Shown here: positions 1-7,534 of the stretch, piece after piece | Numbering within the stretch: the stretch's first letter is position 1 | How the letters are laid out: every line of letters starts with the position of its first letter | Virus record (IMG/VR): IMGVR_UViG_3300025310_000213 | Coordinates: 1 to 54,019 of that record | From: a virus | Lineage: Duplodnaviria; Caudoviricetes | DNA: 54,019 bases | Reading direction: 5' to 3' (one strand) | Program-made: the position numbers and the translations under genes | The notes under the pieces: generated by a model | Database searches by the model: none | What the model was told of the DNA's origin: nothing | The model's input: only the letters and a program-made list of their open reading frames with translations

Positions 1-315
1 TTACAGGAAGAAAAGCACTTGACCCGGCCCCCGCCTGAGCTTTGCGATTCGACGTTCAAGGTCGCGGCCATGCCAAAAGTCGCCATCGCAGAAGACCACG
101 ACGCGATCCCGGAGGAACACGATATCCGGGCGGCCGGGCAGCCCGGGGACGTGGAGGCGATAGCGAAGGCCCATGCGCCAGAGTTCACGCCGCAGAACGA
201 GCTCGCAGCGCGTGTCCGTCTTCCTGCTGGCGCCGCGCGCCGCTGCAGAGGCGGTCTTCGAGGCCGACCTGAGCCCTCTGAACGAAGGCGCGTTGTGTTT
301 TCGGGATTTCATCAT
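1..315 (-). pseudogene. vsr: Very-short-patch repair (Vsr-type) endonuclease, C-terminally truncated
   Basis: DTRCELVLRRELWRMGLRYR...LPGRPDIVF...VVVFCDGDFWHG match Vsr motifs. The usual C-terminal YW..KI..N..RD...GW.V..IWE segment is absent; the ORF ends in the unrelated GPGQVLFFL. Confidence 0.75.
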
Positions 316-336
316 CTCTCTTGACCAGTTTCGAAA

Positions 337-618
337 TCAGACTTCTCTGAGTCGCCCTGCCGCGTACTTGTGCAACAGGCTGGAGATCAGCGTCTGATAC
401 GGCAGCCCCTCCGCAAGCGCACGCTTCTGGATCGCTTCCAGATCCTTGCTCGAGAGTCGGATGTTCAACCGCCGGTCCTTGCGGAACGTCGCCCTGGCGT
501 AGCGTGCGTAGCGACCCCGCTCGCGCTTGCTGCCGGCGGCGGACTTCCACTCGCCGCGCTCGACGGACTCGAGCAGCTCCTTCTCGTCGGCATCAAGCTT
601 CATCGTCGGCTTCTTCAC
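337..618 (-). CDS. Antitoxin, CopG/BrnA-like ribbon-helix-helix (start may be at 603)
   Basis: C-terminal KDRRLNIRLSSKDLEAIQKRALAEGLPYQTLISSLLH is typical of BrnA/CopG antitoxins; overlaps the toxin gene. Confidence 0.85.
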   Translation of the reverse strand: MKKPTMKLDADEKELLESVERGEWKSAAGSKRERGRYARYARATFRKDRRLNIRLSSKDLEAIQKRALAEGLPYQTLISSLLHKYAAGRLREV

Positions 619-883
619 CGAGGTACTCCTTCGTGGCCTTTCGGCTCGGGATGATCGTCTTCAGGAAGACCGTGTGCTCGTCCTCAACGAATGGCACCAG
701 ATACACGTAGTCCTCGCGTCGGACGACGAAGATCCGCTGGCCGGCGTAACGGTCGGGGTTCGGATGCTCGAGGATGTCGAGCAGGTCGCCGCGCTCGATG
801 TGGAACACCACGTCCTCGAACCCGATACCGCGCTCCTTCCTGAGCTTCGCGTTCTTCGCGTCGTCCCAGGCGAAGTACTTCAC
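593..883 (-). CDS. BrnT/DUF4258-like toxin (RelE-like ribonuclease)
   Basis: FAWDDAKNAKLRKERGIGFEDV...HPN...Q..F......YVYLVPFV....FLKTIIPSRKAT; toxin-first bicistron. Confidence 0.85.
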   Translation of the reverse strand: MKYFAWDDAKNAKLRKERGIGFEDVVFHIERGDLLDILEHPNPDRYAGQRIFVVRREDYVYLVPFVEDEHTVFLKTIIPSRKATKEYLGEEADDEA

Positions 884-903
884 TGACTGCAGGATATCAC
901 GAG

Positions 904-924
904 TGTGTGCTCAGAAGGCACACA
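904..924. promoter_or_regulatory. Inverted repeat TGTGTGC-N7-GCACACA, probable TA autoregulatory operator
   Basis: Perfect 7-bp inverted repeat 20-40 bp upstream of the toxin start. Confidence 0.5.
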
Positions 925-938
925 TTGGCATCGACGCC

Positions 939-960
939 AGTGTGCCCAGGAGTGTGCCCA
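939..960. repeat. Direct repeat AGTGTGCCCA x2 (12-bp period), probable integrase arm sites of the left-hand island
   Basis: Exact 10-mers at 939-948 and 951-960, about 110 bp from the tRNA break point. Confidence 0.5.
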
Positions 961-1011
961 AACGCGGTCCGACGGCCATCCTCCGGCAGCCAACGCCAAC
1001 CAAGAAACCAA

Positions 1012-1049
1012 ACAAAAATGGGCCTGAAATCATCGATTTCAGGCCCATT
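1012..1049 (-). terminator. Intrinsic terminator downstream of the tRNA fragment
   Basis: 15-bp stem AATGGGCCTGAAATC/GATTTCAGGCCCATT (1017-1031/1035-1049), followed by a U-rich run on the minus strand. Confidence 0.7.
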
Positions 1050-1067
1050 CCGTGATGCCGGGTAGCC

Positions 1068-1106
1068 TTAGCAAACCGCCGCCTTCAGCCTCTCGGCCAC
1101 CTCACC
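1068..1106 (-). tRNA. 5' half of tRNA-Ser(GCT), att-site remnant (not a complete tRNA)
   Basis: Minus strand reads GGTGAGGTGGCCGAGAGGCTGAAGGCGGCGGTTTGCTAA: acceptor 5' strand, D-arm, anticodon stem 5' strand and loop TTGCTAA. No T-arm or 3' acceptor strand follows. Confidence 0.85.
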
Positions 1107-1157
1107 GTGTCTTTGGAATCTTACACTTACAGGACCCTTGGCGATCCATTCGGCCCG

Positions 1158-1179
1158 ATTGTTCAGTGAATTGTTCAGT
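1158..1179. repeat. Direct repeat ATTGTTCAGT-GA-ATTGTTCAGT, probable integrase arm sites
   Basis: Exact 10-mer tandem with a 12-bp period, about 50 bp inside the prophage end. Confidence 0.6.
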
Positions 1180-1262
1180 AACCCCTTCGGCGTCCCAACA
1201 CCTTTCTACTATATAGTCCCCGCCGCCGAAGCCCGAAACCCACGTCCAGGAGATGGGTTCAA

Positions 1263-1751
1263 ATGAAACGACGCAGTCTACCGCGGGCCGCCCTCCTGGC
1301 GTTCGCGTTCGCTCTGATATCGGCGCCGGCCTTTGCCCAAGTGGCCGTGCTGAAGATTTCCCCGAAGGGATTGGGCCAACCCGAAGCCGGCCGCGTGACT
1401 CTCACGCTGGCGTCCGGCACGAAGATCACTGTCCCCCTGACCGACTTGGACCTTGAGAAAACCCGCGAATCGTTGCCCGCGGCTGACCCGGAACTAGGGT
1501 CCGCTACGGGCGTGCCAACCTACGATGTGCGCCAATCGTGCGCGACCGAGTGGCCGGACAACTTCCAGATGCGATCGTTCTGTGAGAAGAACCAAGGGGA
1601 GTCGCTCAGCGCGCTCCAACGTCGCCTCATGCTGACACCCGACAAGCAGACCATTCGGAAGCACTGCCTGGGTGAATGGCCGAAGAACTATCAGATGCGA
1701 AACTTCTGTGAGGAACAGCAGCTCAAGGCGTTGGGTGAAATCGACCGCTAA
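1263..1751 (+). CDS. Exported protein with a duplicated Cys motif (moron-like)
   Basis: Signal peptide ending AFA-Q; repeats CATEWPDNFQMRSFCEKNQ and CLGEWPKNYQMRNFCEEQQ; convergent with the late operon. Confidence 0.75.
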   Translation: MKRRSLPRAALLAFAFALISAPAFAQVAVLKISPKGLGQPEAGRVTLTLASGTKITVPLTDLDLEKTRESLPAADPELGSATGVPTYDVRQSCATEWPDNFQMRSFCEKNQGESLSALQRRLMLTPDKQTIRKHCLGEWPKNYQMRNFCEEQQLKALGEIDR

Positions 1752-2122
1752 TCTGCCGAGCAGGTAAGTCCCAACACCCGGAAGTTCTCGATCGCGTGCT
1801 TTTCGACAGGGCGGCCGTTCTCGATCCTCACGAGAACGGCCCGCACGTCGTAGTTCCCGCAGGGCACGCCCTTCCACCACGAATCGTAGACACGCGAAGC
1901 TTCTTCGCCATCAAGTTGGCGAACGCTCCGCAGGCTATAGCCGGCGCTCTCCAGTAGCACTACGAGCGCCCGGTTGTCCGGATGCCGCTCGATGATCACC
2001 TTCGCGTTGACCGTCGCGGGTGCCTGGGCAATTTTCGTATTGACTCGGACTCGGATGGGCGGCTCGTCGGCCGCCGCGTTAGTTGCCCACAGCAGTGCGA
2101 GGAGCAGGGCGCTCCACCGCAC
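1748..2122 (-). CDS. Hypothetical exported protein
   Basis: Signal peptide MRWSALLLALLWATNAAA; beta-rich mature part with two Cys. Confidence 0.7.
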   Translation of the reverse strand: MRWSALLLALLWATNAAADEPPIRVRVNTKIAQAPATVNAKVIIERHPDNRALVVLLESAGYSLRSVRQLDGEEASRVYDSWWKGVPCGNYDVRAVLVRIENGRPVEKHAIENFRVLGLTCSAD

Positions 2123-2143
2123 GTGTAATCTCCGGGCGGAACG

Positions 2144-2383
2144 TTACGCGGCCCATGCGTGATACCGGTTGAGGGTGTGAACGCGAACGTCGGGTCGGCA
2201 GATCGGCTTGCCGGTGACCCGCATGCGGTAGATCGGCAGGTCCTGCACGTGCTCGCCAGTTCGGACGAAGGCGTGCGGGCCGAGATCCACGACGACCGGC
2301 AGCGCCCTCTCCTTCACTTCGTGGAGCGCCACATTGCCGACGCCGTCGACCAACGCCACGGCCTGGGCCAGGGTCTTAGACAC
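2144..2383 (-). CDS. Hypothetical protein
   Basis: Co-oriented with the late operon and overlapping the upstream gene. Confidence 0.55.
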   Translation of the reverse strand: MSKTLAQAVALVDGVGNVALHEVKERALPVVVDLGPHAFVRTGEHVQDLPIYRMRVTGKPICRPDVRVHTLNRYHAWAA

Positions 2384-2831
2384 GGCTCCCTGGCTGCGGC
2401 GCCGGCCGCCGTGGTGCGGCGGTTGGCCGAACGGCTTCGCTCAGCGTCTTGAACTTCGTGCGCGTGAACTTCTCCCGCCCGAGCGTCGGTGCATTGGGAA
2501 TCGCCCAGCGGACGTCGCCATTCGTCTTGACCAGAATCGGCATCGGGGAATGCATGCCGGTCAGCACCAGTCGATCGTCGTAGACGAACCCGATCGCGAT
2601 CATGGCGATCTCGTCTGGCGCGGTATCGATCACCCAGGCCGCCTGGTAGAACTCGGAATTCGGCACCTGCCGGATCTCGACAACACCGGTGTAGTTGGAC
2701 CCGTCAGGGTTCGTGCCCACGACGCGGTAGACGCCCTCCCATCGTTCGGCCGCGGGCGTCGACACGCTTCCGGCGAGAATGGCGAGGGCAACGACGATCG
2801 GTGTGAGAACGGCGAGGATACGGATTCGCAT
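2376..2831 (-). CDS. Exported beta-rich protein (GTNPDGSxYxG motif)
   Basis: Start refined to ATG 2831 behind AAGGA; signal peptide MRIRILAVLTPIVVALAILAGS. Confidence 0.7.
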   Translation of the reverse strand: MRIRILAVLTPIVVALAILAGSVSTPAAERWEGVYRVVGTNPDGSNYTGVVEIRQVPNSEFYQAAWVIDTAPDEIAMIAIGFVYDDRLVLTGMHSPMPILVKTNGDVRWAIPNAPTLGREKFTRTKFKTLSEAVRPTAAPRRPAPQPGSRV

Positions 2832-2842
2832 GGCGGGTTCCT

Positions 2843-2959
2843 TTACTTCTTCGCGGCCTTGGCTGCGTTCACGACGGCGATCACCTGATCGGGATGATCC
2901 GCGGCGTAGACCGCCAGCTTGGCGGCGTATTTGGCGAGGGCTTTCCAGAAGGCTTTCAC
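2843..2959 (-). CDS. 38-aa cationic amphipathic peptide (absent from the ORF track)
   Basis: AGGAG SD, GTG start; MKAFWKALAKYAAKLAVYAADHPDQVIAVVNAAKAAKK-TAA fills the intergenic gap exactly. Confidence 0.75.
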   Translation of the reverse strand: MKAFWKALAKYAAKLAVYAADHPDQVIAVVNAAKAAKK

Positions 2960-2968
2960 GATCGACTC

Positions 2969-4321
2969 CTACGCGGCGATCCGCGGCTGCGAATCGGCCT
3001 GAATGTGACCGAGGTTGATGCGCGACAGGTCCGTGAGGCCGTGCCGCGGGTGGAACGTGAGCAGGGCCTGGATCGGCGTCTGGCCGCTGTATTTCGTCTT
3101 GAGAATGAACTCGTCGTAACCCTTGATTGACCCGTTGATCAGCAAGCCGCACCCGCTGCCTTCCTCGTAGATCAACTGGTGGAAGTGGCCATAGATCAGC
3201 AGGTCAAGCTGAGGCAGGCCGAGCGACTTGAGCAGCGACTGCATCGCGTCGCGTCGCTGTTTCATCGAATACCAGGGGATGCCGGCGAACGCCTGGGCCT
3301 TGACGCCGTCGCCGTGCGTGAGCCCGATCACCTGATTGAACGCCTTGTGGCGGTAGACCAGATCCTTCGGGACGATCACGTTGAACTGGTCGCGGGCAAG
3401 GGCCTGAATGAACATGCCCATCACCCACTCCCAATTGTTCCAGGCGTTCTTTATGCGAGGCTTGCGCTCCAAGCGCGGGTGGTTGCCCGGCATGACGATC
3501 ATTTCGACGTTCGGAACTTCCTCGGCGAACGCCCTGCCCATGTCGTAGAGGGCATAGGCCATCTTGACCATTGCCTCGCTGATCGGCAGTTCGTTCGTGA
3601 CTTCCAGTTCCTCGTGAATGTTGCCCGAGAGCATGTCACCATTGACCGCGCAGACGATCTTCTGGACCGGATACGCGACGGTGCGGAGATCCTTATAGCG
3701 GATGACGGTGTCGCGGACCTTTTCCATACGCCGCAGGCAGATGTCGCCGTTGTATTCGATGCCGTAGGCAGCGGCTGGGTCGACGCGCTCTGGGTAATGC
3801 GCGTCGGAAATGACCGGCCACATCTCGTGCGGCGCGGCCTTGCCCGAGAGCTTCAACTGGCGCGGGGTGCGAAGCTGCGGGCGATACGGATTCTTCTCGA
3901 TGAACTCTCGAATGTTGGCGACCAGAGCGTCCTCGACGCGGGTCTTGGAACGGTATGCCTTGACCGTCTCTTCGAGTTGTCGCACGCGCGAGCGAAGTTC
4001 CGACGTCTCTTCCTTGAGGACGTCGGTCTCGTTGGGCTGCCCTGCGGCGATACGAGCGTCGGCCGCGGCACGTTCCTCTTGCTCCCGACGGTGACGCGCG
4101 GCCCGTTCATCGATCATCTGGAGTCGCCGGCACGCCTGACACATTTCCGAGTCTGGGTCTTTCCGGCCGCCGCACGGATGTCCTGGGTAGCCTGGGCACA
4201 CACGCTGGGCTTCGGTCTCTTTCCTTCGTTCCTTGAGCCGGCACGCCGAGCAGAGCTTCGACTTGGATTCCTTGAGATTCTTGCAACCCTTGGTCGGGCA
4301 AGGCACCTGGCGTTGAGGCAT
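2969..4321 (-). CDS. Calcineurin-like metallophosphoesterase with N-terminal Cys-rich (Zn) repeats and coiled coil
   Basis: SDAH, NGD, GNH, HGD and GHFH motifs in canonical order. Confidence 0.85.
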   Translation of the reverse strand: MPQRQVPCPTKGCKNLKESKSKLCSACRLKERRKETEAQRVCPGYPGHPCGGRKDPDSEMCQACRRLQMIDERAARHRREQEERAAADARIAAGQPNETDVLKEETSELRSRVRQLEETVKAYRSKTRVEDALVANIREFIEKNPYRPQLRTPRQLKLSGKAAPHEMWPVISDAHYPERVDPAAAYGIEYNGDICLRRMEKVRDTVIRYKDLRTVAYPVQKIVCAVNGDMLSGNIHEELEVTNELPISEAMVKMAYALYDMGRAFAEEVPNVEMIVMPGNHPRLERKPRIKNAWNNWEWVMGMFIQALARDQFNVIVPKDLVYRHKAFNQVIGLTHGDGVKAQAFAGIPWYSMKQRRDAMQSLLKSLGLPQLDLLIYGHFHQLIYEEGSGCGLLINGSIKGYDEFILKTKYSGQTPIQALLTFHPRHGLTDLSRINLGHIQADSQPRIAA

Positions 4322-4342
4322 ACGCTCCCTTTTCGAACGAAG

Positions 4343-5011
4343 TTAGGCAGCGCGGCCCTTCGACGTATCAACGTCGTCGAAGAAATCGATGAGGCCGCGC
4401 TGCTTCCACTGCGGGAACCATTCGGGCTGCGTGAGCATGCCCGAGTGACCGGCTCCCGCCACTGACACGTTGACGTCGGCCGCGGGGAACGAACGCTTCC
4501 ACCCGAGTCGGCCGTCGCCAAGTTCACCGAGGACCTGCATACGGTCCTTCAACGTCGGGTCGTAAATGTGCAGCCAGCGTTCGATATTCGGTCGCGCCTT
4601 GACGATCGTGTTGACCATGTCGGCGCGCACCGGAGTCGACACCGTCACCAGGCGCCGAATACGAAGGCCACTTGCCGCCGCAAGCAGGGCCACCTGACCG
4701 CCGTGCGAATGCGCGATCACGTTCCGCTGTGAGAACGGCACCGGGCAGCCACGCGGTTCCAGCAGGTAACGCAGGGCCTGTGCACCGGCTTGCCAATCCC
4801 GGCTCTCGGGCGACGAGAACCAATTCCACGGCAGCAACCGCGCCAGGCCCGTCAGATCACCTGACCATCGGAATGGCTCGAAAGCCCCAGCGTGAAGACC
4901 ATGCGATGCCAGCATCTGAGCGAACGCACTCCCTGGTTCCCACCATTGAGCAGCATCCGTAGTGTTGAAATCACCGCTCCACGTTCCGTGAATAAGCAAC
5001 ACCGGTCTCAT
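4343..5011 (-). CDS. Alpha/beta hydrolase (lipase/esterase)
   Basis: VLLIHG oxyanion region, nucleophile elbow AHSHGG, C-terminal GHS; start refined to MRPVLLIHG. Confidence 0.85.
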   Translation of the reverse strand: MRPVLLIHGTWSGDFNTTDAAQWWEPGSAFAQMLASHGLHAGAFEPFRWSGDLTGLARLLPWNWFSSPESRDWQAGAQALRYLLEPRGCPVPFSQRNVIAHSHGGQVALLAAASGLRIRRLVTVSTPVRADMVNTIVKARPNIERWLHIYDPTLKDRMQVLGELGDGRLGWKRSFPAADVNVSVAGAGHSGMLTQPEWFPQWKQRGLIDFFDDVDTSKGRAA

Positions 5012-5069
5012 ACGTCCGTCACCGACCCTAACACAGGACCTGGCGATAACTACTTGCCTGGGCAATAAC

Positions 5070-5612
5070 TTATGCGGCAACTTGCCAGTCCTGCCCGGTC
5101 CGCATCATGGCTGCCAACCGGTCGGCGCGATCGATGCGTCCCCCGAGACCGTCGCCAACCTGACGCGCCCACAGCGAGTCGACCATGTGAAACGCGACAG
5201 CATCCCAGCACGCCTGGCGCAAATCGGGGTCGGTCTGCTTGAGCGCGAGACGAAGCCGCGCGATCGCGGTCTTGAAGCCGAGAGCGCGGTTCTCCATGTT
5301 GAAGACGAAGTCGAGCACCGCCCGCTGGCGGACCTCGTCGAGTTGGTTCCACTCGGGCAGCTTCTTCGGGATGCCCGCTTCGAGGCGATCGAGATCCGCA
5401 CGAAGGAGCTTCAGTGATTCCTCCTCCGTCAACTGATCATCCATCCCTCGCCAACGTCGACCGATGGCGCTTTCCAGAAAGGCCACCCCGCGATTCTGAA
5501 TGCAGTAGCCGCGACCAACGGTCCAGAGCCCGAGCGAGTCCTTGTAAGGCCGTAGACAGTTGCCCTCGTGAAGCGTGATCTGTGCCTCCATCCGGGCACG
5601 GTTCACCGCCAT
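5070..5612 (-). CDS. Endolysin, GH24/T4-type lysozyme
   Basis: E-x8-D-x5-T triad in HEGNCLRPYKDSLGLWTVG; DFVFNM and SLWARQVG..RA.RL motifs. Confidence 0.9.
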   Translation of the reverse strand: MAVNRARMEAQITLHEGNCLRPYKDSLGLWTVGRGYCIQNRGVAFLESAIGRRWRGMDDQLTEEESLKLLRADLDRLEAGIPKKLPEWNQLDEVRQRAVLDFVFNMENRALGFKTAIARLRLALKQTDPDLRQACWDAVAFHMVDSLWARQVGDGLGGRIDRADRLAAMMRTGQDWQVAA

Positions 5613-6715
5613 TACTGCGCCCTCCGCGTTGTCAGTTCCACGGCCACCAGGCGCGCCGTGTCGGCCAGAGTGTCTGAGCCGTTCGCGGGATCACGGAACA
5701 CCCTGACGAACCACGACTCGCCGGCCGCGCAACCGGTCATCGTGAGGCTCGTGATGCTGGCGTCGTTAAACTGATTCGCCGTGCCTTTAGCGGCATCGGT
5801 GACCGTCGACGCCGTGTTAAAAACTGGATCGCCCGTTTCGGCGTCCGCGACACACGCTGTTGCAACCTGCCACACTACGCTGCCGGTCGTAGCCGGCGTG
5901 TGCCACACGAGCTTCACGTCGACGTTTCCGGTCCAGTCTCCAGGGAGCAACCGTTGGAGCTGCGCCGAGAGCACCGACGCGCCATCAGCGAAGTCGAGAA
6001 CGCCACGTTGTGTGTTCGTGCCGGTCACGCACGCCGGCACCGCTGGGTTCGACGTTGGGAAGCTCCACTCCGGCGAGCTGGCGGTCGCGTTGTCGCATCG
6101 CGCAGCTCTGACGAAGTCTTTATCGACCGTCGTCAGGACGTTGCCGATGCCCTCTGCGTCGAGAGTCTTGTTCGTCAGCGTGTTCGTGCCGGCGTTCGTT
6201 GTGATCGATGAGTCCACATCGGTGGCGGTCACTGTATTGCACGTGGCGACTCCAACTGCGGAAAGCGCTCGGACGAACTGGTTCGTGCAGCTCGTCCCGG
6301 CATACGCAGTTGGCACACCTGTCGTCGTGGTGTTGACCAGGAGGGCCGTGGCAAGGGTTCCGAGAGCGAACTCGTTGCTCAGACCGGACTCGGCGACCTT
6401 CGTGATATACGACGCGGCTGCCGAACCCGAACTGGTCGACGTCGCGGCCGGCGTCCACCCCGTATTCCCGGTGCCGCTCGCTTTCACATAGAGGGTCGTG
6501 CCGTCCGCACCGTCCGTTCGCAGGTAGGCGTCGCATACGTTGCCGGTGACCGCGCCCTCGGGCGAACCGGAACCGCTCCGAAGCACACACTGTCCATTGA
6601 GTAGCACGCGAGTGAAGCGGCCGATGCTGGACTGCGCGTCAACCCGCGGCATCGCTGCCGCGAGCAAGCCGAGAACGAGGGTCGTCGCGATGAGGACTTT
6701 ACGCATAGGTTTCAC
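5612..6715 (-). CDS. Tail fibre/spike-like protein with N-terminal signal peptide
   Basis: GSGSPEGAVTGNVCDAYLRTDG...TLYVKASGTGNTGW and TLTNKTL motifs typical of phage fibres; located at the end of the tail module. Confidence 0.6.
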   Translation of the reverse strand: MKPMRKVLIATTLVLGLLAAAMPRVDAQSSIGRFTRVLLNGQCVLRSGSGSPEGAVTGNVCDAYLRTDGADGTTLYVKASGTGNTGWTPAATSTSSGSAAASYITKVAESGLSNEFALGTLATALLVNTTTTGVPTAYAGTSCTNQFVRALSAVGVATCNTVTATDVDSSITTNAGTNTLTNKTLDAEGIGNVLTTVDKDFVRAARCDNATASSPEWSFPTSNPAVPACVTGTNTQRGVLDFADGASVLSAQLQRLLPGDWTGNVDVKLVWHTPATTGSVVWQVATACVADAETGDPVFNTASTVTDAAKGTANQFNDASITSLTMTGCAAGESWFVRVFRDPANGSDTLADTARLVAVELTTRRAQ

Positions 6716-7157
6716 ACACTCCCAGGAGCCAGACGTCGTTGTTGGCGTTGTTGGTCACACCCTGCAGGCGATACTTCTTCGAGCCGGCGGTCAGCGGAGA
6801 CATCGTGAGCACTTGTTCCACGAAGCTCGTTGACGTGATGGCGGTGCCGGTGACGTGATCGGCACCGTCGGTCACGTTGCGCACACGAGGCGTCACCGAC
6901 GTTGCGGCATTCGCTGTCTTGCCCTCGACGCGCGCACGGACGGTCAGCCCGGTCAGCAGAGTGCTGTCCATCTGCACGTCACGGAACTCGAACACATCGA
7001 ACGTCCCGTTATGATTGATGGACGCCTCGCGCGAACCACCGAACGACTTCTCGAATCTCACAGCGGCGAGGGCCGCGATGCTGTTCTTGATCTTGTTCGC
7101 CGTTTGATAGCCGAACAGTTGATCGAGCACGAAATCAGACGGAATCTCGAAGGGCAT
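6699..7157 (-). CDS. Putative minor tail protein
   Basis: Coupled within the tail module; Thr/Val-rich. Confidence 0.55.
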   Translation of the reverse strand: MPFEIPSDFVLDQLFGYQTANKIKNSIAALAAVRFEKSFGGSREASINHNGTFDVFEFRDVQMDSTLLTGLTVRARVEGKTANAATSVTPRVRNVTDGADHVTGTAITSTSFVEQVLTMSPLTAGSKKYRLQGVTNNANNDVWLLGVCETYA

Positions 7158-7534
7158 CAGATATACCTGGGTGCAAATAGAGGGTTGTATTGACGCGCCC
7201 GCTCACGCAGTGCGTCTATCTGTTGATAGAGGGCCAACCACGCGTCTGGCTGCGGCCACGCAGCGAAGTCGAAACCCGGAGCCATGCGTCGCGCAACGGC
7301 TTGCACCGCGCGAGGGCTGGTGAATACGAGTGCTACTCGCGTGAGCCCTTCTGGCGCCTCCCATCCACGTTCACGGTGCTTCTCCATATCGGCCAACCCC
7401 GCGTCGAGAAATGCTTCGAGCGCGTCGACGTTGGAATAGCAGTGAATCAACATGGCGGGCTCCATCGCTTCGAGCACGGCCATGCGACGATGCGCCACGA
7501 AATCGTCCAGCGGAGTGTCTTCGTAGAGAATCAT
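7157..7534 (-). CDS. Hypothetical protein
   Basis: Overlapping start/stop codons with both neighbours. Confidence 0.6.
   Translation of the reverse strand: MILYEDTPLDDFVAHRRMAVLEAMEPAMLIHCYSNVDALEAFLDAGLADMEKHRERGWEAPEGLTRVALVFTSPRAVQAVARRMAPGFDFAAWPQPDAWLALYQQIDALRERARQYNPLFAPRYI

Noticed and set aside
1050-1110. Complete or intron-containing tRNA-Ser
   Set aside because: No 3' anticodon stem, T-arm (GTTCGAATC) or acceptor 3' strand follows; a terminator comes next.
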